A DNA stretch of 64,000 bases, taken from an uncultured Bacilli bacterium (GTDB taxonomy: Bacteria > Bacillota_I > Bacilli_A > RF39 > UBA660). Made by a program: the position numbers and the translations under genes. The notes under the pieces were generated by a model. The model was not told the origin of the DNA. It was given only the letters and a program-made list of their open reading frames with translations, and did no database searches. Positions 20,661 to 30,323 of this stretch are shown piece after piece (position 1 is the stretch's first letter; each line of letters begins with the position of its first letter). Location: NCBI GenBank assembly GCA_947628895.1, contig CANRBS010000002.1, forward strand, positions 2,818 through 66,817, given 5' to 3'.

Positions 20661-20679
20661 TAAAGGGAGTTTATTAAAA

Positions 20680-21204
20680 ATGAAGAAAGATAATTGGATC
20701 ATTAAAGCATTTTTAATGACTTTTTTTATAGCTATAATTTTTAATAGTATATCAAATGTCATTACAAATAAATGCGAAAATATTTTTATTTTAATATTAG
20801 TTGCGATTATATTTATTTTTATAGGTATAATTTTTGATATAATTGGTACTGCTGTATTAACTGCTAATGAATCTACATTTCACTCTATGAGTTCTAAAAA
20901 GATAAAAGGTTCTAAAGAAGGAGTTTATTTAATTAAAAACTCAAGTAGAATTGCTAGTGTATGTAATGATGTAATTGGAGATATATGTGGTATAGTTAGT
21001 GGTTCTGTTAGTGCTATTATTGGAATATATATTTCTAATTTATTTAATATTTCAACAATAATTACAACATTAGTAATAAGTTCAATAGTATCATCTCTTA
21101 CAGTTGGTGGTAAAGCTATTGGTAAAAAAATAGCTATTAAAAAAAGTGATGATATTATATTTAGAGTAGCTAAAATAATTTATAAATTTAAACTTAAAAA
21201 ATAG
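20680..21204 (+). CDS. Small 4-TM membrane protein resembling a stand-alone DUF21 (CNNM/CorB transmembrane) module; OapA-like candidate
   Basis: 174 aa with four TM helices. LTANESTFHSMSSKKIKGSKEGVYLIKNSSRIASVCNDVIGDI parallels the DUF21 S-E-T-A...loop...helix pattern. RBS AAAGGGAG. Confidence 0.4.
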   Translation: MKKDNWIIKAFLMTFFIAIIFNSISNVITNKCENIFILILVAIIFIFIGIIFDIIGTAVLTANESTFHSMSSKKIKGSKEGVYLIKNSSRIASVCNDVIGDICGIVSGSVSAIIGIYISNLFNISTIITTLVISSIVSSLTVGGKAIGKKIAIKKSDDIIFRVAKIIYKFKLKK

Positions 21205-21228
21205 GATAAACAAATTATCCTATTTTTA

Positions 21229-23031
21229 TTATCTATGACTTCTAAATCTTTCTTTTTCATCAAGAATTTTCTTTCTTAATCTAATAGCATCAGGTGTTAC
21301 TTCTACAAGTTCATCACTTTCAATAAATTCAAGTGCTTCTTCTAAAGTAAATGTTTTAGGTCTTGGAAGAGCTATTGCTTCATCACTGCTAGTTGATCGT
21401 GTATTTGAAAATTCTTTATTTTTACAAGGATTTACATTTAAATCATTTTCTCTATTATTAATACCAATTATTTGACCAGAATATACGGCTACTGATGGTT
21501 CTACTATCATAGTACCTCTATCTAATAAGTTATAAAGTGCATAACCAAATGTTTTTCCACTTTCCATAGATACAAGTACACCATTTTTTCTAGAAGATAT
21601 TTCACCAGCATATGGTTTATAAGAATCAAAACTTCTAACCATAATACCTTCACCTTTAGTATTAGTAATAAAATTACTTCTATATCCAATTAAACCTCTT
21701 GTTGGAACAGAAAATTCTAATCTTACATAATTTTCTTCAGCTGGTTCCATTAATTCCATAGTACCTTTTCTTTCACTTAAATCATTTATTATTGTTCCTG
21801 AGTATTCATTAGGTACATTTATAATAACTTTTTCAAAAGGTTCTTGTTTTATACCATCTATTTCTTTAAATATAACTTCTGGTTTTGATACACCTAGTTC
21901 ATATCCTTCTCTTCTCATATTTTCAATTAATATTGATAAGTGAAGTTCACCCCGTCCAGAAACTTTAAATCCATCTCCATTTGGTAATTCTTCTACTTCA
22001 AGTCCTACATTTCTTTCAAGTTCTGCCATTAATCTATCTCTTAAATGTCTAGATGTTACAAATTTTCCTACTTTTCCTGCAAAAGGACTAGTATTTACTA
22101 AGAAGTTCATTGATAGAGTTGGTTTTTCTATTTCAATACTTGGTAGTGGATCAATATGATCATTATCACAAATTGTATCACCTATTGAAATATCAGGACA
22201 ACCTGCAATAGTTACTATATCTCCATAATATGCAGTATTTACTTCTTTTTTCTTAATACCTTCATTTACAAATATTTTAGTTATTTTTTCTTTTACAATT
22301 GTACCATCATTTTTAGAAATTGTTACGGTTTGTCCAGTAGTAATTTTACCTTTATTAATTCTACCAATACCAAGACGACCTATATAATCATCATAATCTA
22401 ATGATGAAATTTGAAATTGTAATGGGTCGTTTTCATTTCCTTCAAATGGTTTAGTTGTTTCAATAATTGTATCAAGAAGTGGTGTTATATCATTATTATC
22501 ATCATTTTCATCATATTTTGCTATACCTTCTTTTGCAATTCCATATATAATCTTAAAATCTAATTGTTCATTTGTAGCATTAAGTTCACAGAATAAATCA
22601 AAAGTCATATTAACAACTTCTTCACTTCTTGCATCTTTTTTATCTATTTTATTAATGAATAATATAGGTTTTAGTCCATTTTGTAATGCTTCTTTTAATA
22701 CAAATCTTGTTTGAGGCATTGGACCTTCTGCTGAATCTACAAGTAATACTACAGTATCAACTGTTTTAATAATTCTTTCAATTTCACTTGAAAAATCAGC
22801 ATGTCCTGGAGTATCTACTATATTCATTTTATAACCTTTATATCTAATAGCACAGTTTTTAGCAGTGATAGTAATTCCTCTTTCTCTTTCTAAATCTCCA
22901 CTATCCATAACACAATCTACAACTTGTTCATTTTCTCTAAATACACCATTTTGTTTTAATAAAGCATCAACAAGTGTACTTTTTCCAGCATCAACATGTG
23001 CTACTACTGCAAAATTAATTATTTTATCCAT
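21229..23031 (-). CDS. typA: Translational GTPase TypA/BipA
   Basis: G1 AHVDAGKST and G3 DTPGHADF; full-length BipA architecture. Confidence 0.95.
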   Translation of the reverse strand: MDKIINFAVVAHVDAGKSTLVDALLKQNGVFRENEQVVDCVMDSGDLERERGITITAKNCAIRYKGYKMNIVDTPGHADFSSEIERIIKTVDTVVLLVDSAEGPMPQTRFVLKEALQNGLKPILFINKIDKKDARSEEVVNMTFDLFCELNATNEQLDFKIIYGIAKEGIAKYDENDDNNDITPLLDTIIETTKPFEGNENDPLQFQISSLDYDDYIGRLGIGRINKGKITTGQTVTISKNDGTIVKEKITKIFVNEGIKKKEVNTAYYGDIVTIAGCPDISIGDTICDNDHIDPLPSIEIEKPTLSMNFLVNTSPFAGKVGKFVTSRHLRDRLMAELERNVGLEVEELPNGDGFKVSGRGELHLSILIENMRREGYELGVSKPEVIFKEIDGIKQEPFEKVIINVPNEYSGTIINDLSERKGTMELMEPAEENYVRLEFSVPTRGLIGYRSNFITNTKGEGIMVRSFDSYKPYAGEISSRKNGVLVSMESGKTFGYALYNLLDRGTMIVEPSVAVYSGQIIGINNRENDLNVNPCKNKEFSNTRSTSSDEAIALPRPKTFTLEEALEFIESDELVEVTPDAIRLRKKILDEKERFRSHR

Positions 23032-23197
23032 AATTTCATCCCCTTTGGTCGCGGTAATAATAATACAACATTTTTATATTATTTTCAAGAAAAATTTAAA
23101 TATTTGCATAAATTGTTTTTAATAAAAATAATTTCTCACTCACAGTAAATGGTTAAAATTTTTAAATAATGGCAAAATATTATAGTAGGAGAATGCA

Positions 23198-23458
23198 ATG
23201 GAAAAAGAATATGTATTTAAAGATGAAAAGGATTTATATGCAACAATTGGAAAGAACATCAGATATTATAGAAAACTTTATAGTCTTAATAAAAAAGAAT
23301 TAACACAGGAAAATCTTGCTGAAATTGCTAATGTTTCAACATCTTTGATTGGAAACTTAGAAAGTAAAAAAACTTATCAAGGGATAAGTATATATAATTT
23401 GTACAAAATAAGTAATATATTAGAAGTTCCAATAGAAAAATTTTTTATTGATAGATAA
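23198..23458 (+). CDS. Small Xre-family HTH protein (paralog A)
   Basis: LTQENLAEIANVSTSLIGNLES...ISIYNLYKISNILEVPIEKFF is a Cro/C1 HTH. Confidence 0.75.
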   Translation: MEKEYVFKDEKDLYATIGKNIRYYRKLYSLNKKELTQENLAEIANVSTSLIGNLESKKTYQGISIYNLYKISNILEVPIEKFFIDR

Positions 23459-23459
23459 T

Positions 23460-23750
23460 TTATTTTTCTTCTATTGACTCAAAGAATTTATCCATAGTAG
23501 TATCTAAAACTATTGAAATTTTATATAAAGATGCTAAAGATAAACCTTCACTTCCTTTAGTACTTTCAAATTTTCTAATAAATTCAGGTGATACTCCTAT
23601 ATCTAAAGCTAATTGCTCTTGAGTAATTTTGTTTAATTTTCTATATTTAATTACATTATAAGCAACTGTTTCTATAAAATTATTATCAAAATTAAAATCT
23701 CTTTTAAATCTTGTCATATTTTCACCCAATTTAATTGTACACATTTTCAT
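23460..23750 (-). CDS. Small Xre-family HTH protein (paralog B)
   Basis: ITQEQLALDIGVSPEFIRKFES...LSLASLYKISIVLDTTMDKFF. Divergent from 23820..24065. Confidence 0.75.
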   Translation of the reverse strand: MKMCTIKLGENMTRFKRDFNFDNNFIETVAYNVIKYRKLNKITQEQLALDIGVSPEFIRKFESTKGSEGLSLASLYKISIVLDTTMDKFFESIEEK

Positions 23751-23819
23751 AAAAGATTAATGTAATGTGTTACTATACATTATTAAATAATTGTTTTATA
23801 ATTAGGTAGGTGGATATTT

Positions 23820-24065
23820 ATGAATCAACAAGAATTATATAAAATTATAGGAAGAAATATAAAAAAATATAGAAAAATGTATAATAGAAATATAGGTAAA
23901 ATGACACAAGAGAAACTAGCAGAAGAAGCAGATGTATCTGTTTCATTAATTAGTAGTCTTGAAAGTGAAAAGACTAATAAAGGGATTGGAATAATAAATT
24001 TATATAAAATATCTGTGATATTAGGTGTGCCAATTGATAAATTTTTGGAGGATAAAAATGATTAA
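23820..24065 (+). CDS. Small Xre-family HTH protein (paralog C)
   Basis: MTQEKLAEEADVSVSLISSLES...IGIINLYKISVILGVPIDKFL. Close paralog of 23198..23458. Confidence 0.75.
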   Translation: MNQQELYKIIGRNIKKYRKMYNRNIGKMTQEKLAEEADVSVSLISSLESEKTNKGIGIINLYKISVILGVPIDKFLEDKND

Positions 24066-24579
24066 TGAAATATTGGAAAAACCTTATATTAAAAATAAGA
24101 AAAGATTAATTAATATTTTAAAAGATGAAGATATTATTAAATTAATGAATAATATTGATAATAACTTAATAGATTGTGATAATAATATATTTAAGAGTAA
24201 TAAAATATCTAAATTAGAAATGTTTATATATAAAATTGATAATTATATTACTTATCTAAAAAAATATTTAAATATTAATTCAAATGAGCTTACATATATA
24301 ATAATTTTAACAATTAGTAGTAAAAAAAATGATTTTCTTTTTAATGAAAATATAGATAATTTAGATAATAATTATAAAGAATTATTTATGTATAAATATA
24401 ATATAAATATTGATTTTCTATCTCATTATATGTATATAAATAAAAGAAGTTTTGAAAGCTTAATTGATAATATGAATAAAAAGAAAAAAAGAGTATATAT
24501 TTATTTTGAAAATATAACTCCTGATAATACTAATTTTTTCATACCAATAATATGTTTTTTAGAAGATATTAATTATTAA
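24058..24579 (+). CDS. Hypothetical Asn/Ile/Lys-rich protein, translationally coupled to the HTH gene
   Basis: ATG at 24058 preceded by GGAGG, overlapping the stop of the upstream gene. No recognisable domain. Confidence 0.4.
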   Translation: MINEILEKPYIKNKKRLINILKDEDIIKLMNNIDNNLIDCDNNIFKSNKISKLEMFIYKIDNYITYLKKYLNINSNELTYIIILTISSKKNDFLFNENIDNLDNNYKELFMYKYNINIDFLSHYMYINKRSFESLIDNMNKKKKRVYIYFENITPDNTNFFIPIICFLEDINY

Positions 24580-25648
24580 CAAATACATCATACATATTTT
24601 TATAACAGAAAGTTACTCTCTTTGTACCTTTCTTTTTTTCTTTAATTAAATATCCACTTTCTACTAATTTATTTAAAACTTTATTAACTGAATTTATATG
24701 TAATTTGCATTCAGTTACTAAGTCACTCGTAGTAAATACTATCTTTTTAACTATTACTGGATATACTTTATATATGGTAGTTCCACCAATAGTACTCTTA
24801 AATTCTTCATAATCATGTTCATATATTTTATTTAATTTCTTAATTTTCTTAATGTTTATAGTACATTGTTCAATAATACATTCTAACATTGTTTTTATAA
24901 ATTTATTTATATCTTCTTCTACTTCTCCACTAAGAAGTGTAAAATATGTATTTTTTAAATTATCTAAGCTTTGAGATATAAATAATATTGGTGGTTCTTT
25001 TTTATATAGAGAATATTGAATTGGTATAAGGATTCTTCCTATTTTTCCATTTCCAGATACATATGGATGGATTTTTTCATATTGAAAATGAGTAATTATT
25101 GTTGATATAAAATTAGGATCTTTGTTATTATTTATATATTCAATCAAATTTTTCATTAAATCATTTACTTCTGTATACACTGGAGGTATAAATGAAATAC
25201 TAGACCCTGCTATGCCTGGCTTTAATAAATAATTTTGTATTTTTCTAAATTTTCCGCTACCTTTTGTTTTATTATCTTTTTTACAATTTTGAAATAATAT
25301 TTTATTTATTTTATTTAGAAGTTCAATATCAATATTTCCACTTGCGGCACCAGATATTCCTAATAAGAAAGCTTTTCTTAAATTATTAACTTGTATTACA
25401 TCATTACTTTCATTTAGATATGGTGTATGAAACATATACTCTTTATTTAATTTACTTCCGTCAAGTTTAAATGAATAATATGTATCATTAACGAATGCAC
25501 ATTCTAGAAATGATTTATAATCATATGACATACTTCTTAGAAATCCTTTATATTCTCCATATATTTCTTCAGTTTCACATAAAAGATTTAATAAATCATT
25601 TGACAAATTATATTCAACTGGTAATTTTTTTGCTTTATATGGTTCCAT
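24569..25648 (-). CDS. Fic-family protein with non-canonical active-site motif and C-terminal winged helix
   Basis: Fic core HPYVSGNGKIGR (canonical HxFx[D/E]GNGRxxR). C-terminal LNKLVESGYLIKEKKKGTKRVTF is wHTH-like. Confidence 0.7.
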   Translation of the reverse strand: MEPYKAKKLPVEYNLSNDLLNLLCETEEIYGEYKGFLRSMSYDYKSFLECAFVNDTYYSFKLDGSKLNKEYMFHTPYLNESNDVIQVNNLRKAFLLGISGAASGNIDIELLNKINKILFQNCKKDNKTKGSGKFRKIQNYLLKPGIAGSSISFIPPVYTEVNDLMKNLIEYINNNKDPNFISTIITHFQYEKIHPYVSGNGKIGRILIPIQYSLYKKEPPILFISQSLDNLKNTYFTLLSGEVEEDINKFIKTMLECIIEQCTINIKKIKKLNKIYEHDYEEFKSTIGGTTIYKVYPVIVKKIVFTTSDLVTECKLHINSVNKVLNKLVESGYLIKEKKKGTKRVTFCYKNMYDVFVNN

Positions 25649-25733
25649 TGATTATTCACCTCTATTAATATGATAACATAATAATATTAAAAAATATACA
25701 TATTTTTTAATTAATATGTATATTTATAATTTA

Positions 25734-26090
25734 TTAATATGGATTAGGATAACTTTGTAAACCATATCCATCTCCTTTTAACCAATATATTTTATTACCT
25801 TTAATTTTAAATTTATATATTATTTTATATTTTACATTGTCTTCTTTTGAATATGTAAATGTTACAGTACTATTACCATTTTTATTTGGTATAAATGTCC
25901 ATTTATTATCAGTGCTTTCTTTTAATATAATGTTATCATTATCACTTACATAATTCCAATTATAACCATTATCATGATAATCATATTCAATATTAATTTC
26001 ATCCTTGTATTTAGCTAAATAATTTTGAGGATAAAATATTATAACTAAAGATAAAATTAAAGTAATTCCAAATATTAATATATATCTCAT
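25734..26090 (-). CDS. Small secreted/anchored protein of unknown function
   Basis: N-terminal hydrophobic signal, beta-rich Asn/Tyr/Lys sequence, RBS AGGAG. Confidence 0.4.
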   Translation of the reverse strand: MRYILIFGITLILSLVIIFYPQNYLAKYKDEINIEYDYHDNGYNWNYVSDNDNIILKESTDNKWTFIPNKNGNSTVTFTYSKEDNVKYKIIYKFKIKGNKIYWLKGDGYGLQSYPNPY

Positions 26091-26619
26091 TTATTCTCCT
26101 ATAATACACAAAAAGCAACCAGTCCTGATAAAACTTGATTGCTTTGAGTTTCCGAAAAACGATTATAATCATTTATATTAAAGGATTTCACTTTAATATA
26201 AATACTCCTAAATATTATCAGTATTTAGCATAATCCCTTATCATTTTGAGTTTAGCTTTCTCAACGATATATCATTTGTCCTTAGTAGATAAGTCTTCTA
26301 TATCTTAAATTAATAAGATTAATTTATTTCTTATAAATATTATTTTTTTATTACTATAACTATTTACATATAAATAATTAACAAGTTAATGCTAACTATA
26401 AACATATAAAATTCATTATAATATTTATATCTATAAGATAATAAATATTTATAGAATATTTTCACTATAGATAATATAATTTTTAAATATCATCAATCTA
26501 AATTAAATATTTAAATTTAATAAAGATATATAGATTTTAAATTTTTTATATTATCTCTATTGGACAAGTATATTGTATCAAGTATTTTTTATATTGTCAA
26601 CTACTTTTTTTAAAAAAAT

Positions 26620-26662
26620 TAAAAAAAGTAGAAATTTGTATATTTTTGACATTTTTTCTACT
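26620..26662 (-). terminator. Terminator hairpin overlapping the hydrogenase stop codon
   Basis: Reverse strand reads AGTAGAAA, a loop, TTTCTACT, then T7. The loop is long (about 20 nt). Confidence 0.45.
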
Positions 26663-28172
26663 TATTATTTAATAAATTACTTTTATCTGTATATGATGTA
26701 TGAAGAAGTTCAAAACTTTTTTCACTCATAGGATTTTTCAAATATTCTTTATACAATAACTTTATTTCTGCATTATCATGAGCACTTCTTACTGCTCTTT
26801 TTTTATCTATTTCAAATAAACCTTTACTTCTTTTTTCTCTATATTCATCAAGCTTTGGTATTTGACATAATGGTTGTCCACCTCCACCAATACAACCACC
26901 TTTACAATTCATAACTTCTATTAAATGAAATTGTTTATAATAATTATTTTCTAATATTTTTTCTAAATTTTCCATTTGTTGTACTACAGCAACTTTTACT
27001 TTATATTTACCTATTAGTATACTTGCTTCTTTTATTCCTTCAAATCCTTCTAATTCTTCAAATCTTAATTCATCTTTTGTTAAGTTTTTATTTGTTAAAA
27101 TTTTGTTTAAAGTTCTTAATATTGATTCACATACTCCACCAGATGAACCAAATATTACACCTGCTCCGCTACTTTCTCCCATTAATTGATCAAAATCTCT
27201 ATCTTCAAGTTCTGGTAATTTTATTTCTTCTTCTTTTAATAATAATTCAAGTTCACTTGCTGTTAAAACATGATCAATATTTAATGTATATTCACGAGCT
27301 TCCATCTTTTTAGCAGTACATGGTGTAATAGCAACTGTAACTATTTTTGATGGATCAAATCCTTTCTTTTCACAAAAATAACTCTTTATTATTGCACATT
27401 GCATACCAATAGGACTTTTACATGTAGATAAGTTGTCTAGAAGTTCTGGATGATATATTTCAGCATATTTTACCCATGCAGGACAACAACTAGTAAATTG
27501 TGGGAGTGCTTTTTTATTTTGTAATCTTTCAATAAATTCAGCTGCTTCTTCAAGCACAGTTAAGTCTGCTCCAAATGCTGTATCATATACGAAATCAAAT
27601 CCAAGTTGCTTTAATGCACTTACAAGTTTCTTTTCTGAATTTACACCTGGCTCTAATCCAAAACTTTCTCCAATTGAAACTCTTACAGCAGGCGAAATAA
27701 TAGCTACTACAATTTTTTCATTAGCATCTAATATTTCTTTTACTTCTTTGTATTCATATTTTGGAACTAAGGCTCCTGTTGGACAATTTAAAATACATTG
27801 ACCACATCCAATACATATTGGTTCTTTACATTTATTTAAATCATATCTTAAATTTACGATATTTTCACATGTTTTTTTACATTGACCACAATTTATACAT
27901 TTTTCAGGTATTCTTGTAATCGCGGTATTATATTCACTTATTCTTATACTTTTTTCTTCTTCTTTTTCATTTACAATTTTAGATGGCTTATTACTTTCAA
28001 TAGCATCTTCTATAACAGAATCAACAATTGCATCTATTTCATTTTCAGCTAGATTTTCATGAAACACTTCAAATGAATCCTTTAAAGCATTACATTTTGG
28101 ACAAACATAATCACTTTCTAATTCTTCTTTTGTTTCAATATATCCACAATTTTTACATACATAAGTCTTCAT
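26658..28172 (-). CDS. [FeFe] hydrogenase with N-terminal rubredoxin-like Zn-ribbon and 2x[4Fe-4S] domain
   Basis: H-cluster motifs FTSCCPAW, TPCTAKK, MNCKGGCIGGGGQP. Ferredoxin motifs CINCGQCKKTC and CIGCGQCILNCP. N-terminal CKNCG...CPKC. Confidence 0.9.
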   Translation of the reverse strand: MKTYVCKNCGYIETKEELESDYVCPKCNALKDSFEVFHENLAENEIDAIVDSVIEDAIESNKPSKIVNEKEEEKSIRISEYNTAITRIPEKCINCGQCKKTCENIVNLRYDLNKCKEPICIGCGQCILNCPTGALVPKYEYKEVKEILDANEKIVVAIISPAVRVSIGESFGLEPGVNSEKKLVSALKQLGFDFVYDTAFGADLTVLEEAAEFIERLQNKKALPQFTSCCPAWVKYAEIYHPELLDNLSTCKSPIGMQCAIIKSYFCEKKGFDPSKIVTVAITPCTAKKMEAREYTLNIDHVLTASELELLLKEEEIKLPELEDRDFDQLMGESSGAGVIFGSSGGVCESILRTLNKILTNKNLTKDELRFEELEGFEGIKEASILIGKYKVKVAVVQQMENLEKILENNYYKQFHLIEVMNCKGGCIGGGGQPLCQIPKLDEYREKRSKGLFEIDKKRAVRSAHDNAEIKLLYKEYLKNPMSEKSFELLHTSYTDKSNLLNNK

Positions 28173-28210
28173 AATTTCTCCTAAATATTCTTTTTTCTAT
28201 TATAGCAAAA

Positions 28211-29614
28211 TTATTTAGATTTGTTAATCTCAAAATAGAATGTTGTACCTTTACCTTTAATACTATTAACTCCATATTTATATCCATGAGTTTCTAATAT
28301 AGTTTTTACAATAGAAAGTCCAAGACCTGTTCCAAAAGCATTTCTCTTATGTTTCTTTTCATTATGATAATATTTATCCCATATTTTATCAATTTCTTCT
28401 TTTTCTAAACCTTTTCCTGTATCTTTAATTTCAACTCTAACAGTATTTTTATTTTCTATAACATTAATATATACTTTTTTATTTTTACCGGTATAATTTA
28501 CTGCATTATTAATTAGATTATATATAACTTGTTCTATTCTCTTTTTATCAGCACTTACTATTATTTCTTTTTGTTTATTGTTAAATTCAAATATATATTC
28601 TTCGCTATCAATAAGTATATAATATCTTTTAATAATATTTTTTATTAAATCTATTAAATCAAATTCTTCTATTTTTAATTCATAAGTATTAGATTGTAAT
28701 TTTGATAAATCTAAAATATCACTAACTAAAACATTTAATCTATCAGTTTCTTCAATAATAATACTCATGTTTTCTTTTCTTTTTTCTTCAGTTTGAGTTT
28801 CTAAGTCTCTACTCATTTCAGCATATGCTTTAATCATAGTAAGTGGTGTTCTTAAATCATGACCTACATTTGCCATTAAATCTTTTCTTAATTCATCAGT
28901 TTTAGAAAGTTCATCTTTAGCAAGTTCAAGAGCATTTGATAAATCTTTTATTTCTTCTATTTCACTAGTTGTTTCAAATGTAGTATCAAATTTACCTTTA
29001 GCTAATTTTTTAGCAGAATTACTAAGTTCTGTAATTGGCTTTGAAATTTTATCTGATAAATATAATGCTATTAAAACAGATATTAAAAATAATATTATTA
29101 ATATATATCCATATTGACTTCTAATTAATGTTATTGATGAATCTAATGGTTCTATTGATGTGTTTAAAAATATATAAGTATTATCATTATATTTTAATGC
29201 TTTTATTAAAGTTTTGTTATTATATCTAGTATTTTCAAGTAAATAAGTTTCTTCTGCTTGATTGCTTTTTATAAATTTATCCATATAATTATAGCTACTT
29301 TTTTTATCACTAAAAATACAACCCTTATTATATATTGTAGATACTGGTGTATTATTACCATCCTCAACTACAGATATACAAATACCATTATCATAAGCAA
29401 TATCTTCTAAATATTCAGTATTTATATTATTTTCTTTTCTTATTTTATCTACAATAGAAGATAATTGTTTAGTTTTATATACTTCATAATATTTATCTAA
29501 TGAAATTGTTTGCATAAAGAAAAGTAACAATAAAATTATTGCTACAAAGAATATAAAAGAAGCTAAAACTAGATTTCTTATTTTACTAAATTTATTTACC
29601 ATCTTTGATTTCAA
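28211..29614 (-). CDS. Sensor histidine kinase
   Basis: Two TM helices plus HAMP; H-box MANVGHDLRTPLT; HATPase N and G boxes (NLINNAVNYT, GTGLGLSIV). Confidence 0.9.
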   Translation of the reverse strand: MKSKMVNKFSKIRNLVLASFIFFVAIILLLLFFMQTISLDKYYEVYKTKQLSSIVDKIRKENNINTEYLEDIAYDNGICISVVEDGNNTPVSTIYNKGCIFSDKKSSYNYMDKFIKSNQAEETYLLENTRYNNKTLIKALKYNDNTYIFLNTSIEPLDSSITLIRSQYGYILIILFLISVLIALYLSDKISKPITELSNSAKKLAKGKFDTTFETTSEIEEIKDLSNALELAKDELSKTDELRKDLMANVGHDLRTPLTMIKAYAEMSRDLETQTEEKRKENMSIIIEETDRLNVLVSDILDLSKLQSNTYELKIEEFDLIDLIKNIIKRYYILIDSEEYIFEFNNKQKEIIVSADKKRIEQVIYNLINNAVNYTGKNKKVYINVIENKNTVRVEIKDTGKGLEKEEIDKIWDKYYHNEKKHKRNAFGTGLGLSIVKTILETHGYKYGVNSIKGKGTTFYFEINKSK

Positions 29615-30263
29615 ACTTATACCCCATTCTTCTTACAGTTGTAATTAAATCTCTATATTCTCCTAAATTATTTCTTAACATTTTAACATGTGTATCTATT
29701 GTTCTATCATTACCTAGATAATCATAATTCCATACATTATTTAAAAGTTGTTCTCTTGATAGAGCAATACCTTTATTATTTATAAAATATACAAGTAAAT
29801 CATATTCTTTAGGTGTTAACATTACTTCTTCATCTTTTATATAAACTGAATGTCCTAAAAAATCTACTTTTAAATCTTTATATATAAATGTATTTTCTTC
29901 ACCTTTATATCTTTTAATTACAGCATTTATTCTAGCCATTAATTCTTTTGGACTAAATGGCTTAGTCATATAATCATCTATACCTAAATCAAATCCAGCT
30001 AAAATATCATATTCTTCTCCACGAGCTGATAACATTATAGTTGGAGTATTATATCTTTCTTTTATAATTTTATATGCAGAAAAACCATCCATTTTTGGCA
30101 TCATTATATCCATTATAATAATATCAGCATCTCCAGCTTTATCAACTGCTTCTATACCATTTTCTGCTTCTAATACATCATATTGATTTCCAAGACAATA
30201 CTCTTTAATAACATCTCTTATAAGTTTTTCATCATCAGCTATCAATACTTTCATTTTTTTCAC
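29592..30263 (-). CDS. OmpR/PhoB-family response regulator
   Basis: Receiver domain (VLIADDE, IIIMDIMMPKMDG) and winged-helix output (RTIDTHVKMLRNNL..RRMGYKF). Confidence 0.9.
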   Translation of the reverse strand: MKKMKVLIADDEKLIRDVIKEYCLGNQYDVLEAENGIEAVDKAGDADIIIMDIMMPKMDGFSAYKIIKERYNTPTIMLSARGEEYDILAGFDLGIDDYMTKPFSPKELMARINAVIKRYKGEENTFIYKDLKVDFLGHSVYIKDEEVMLTPKEYDLLVYFINNKGIALSREQLLNNVWNYDYLGNDRTIDTHVKMLRNNLGEYRDLITTVRRMGYKFEIKDGK

Positions 30264-30323
30264 CTCTTTATAAATAATATAATATTAAATTATGAAATTT
30301 TAGTGAAAATATAGTGTTGAATA

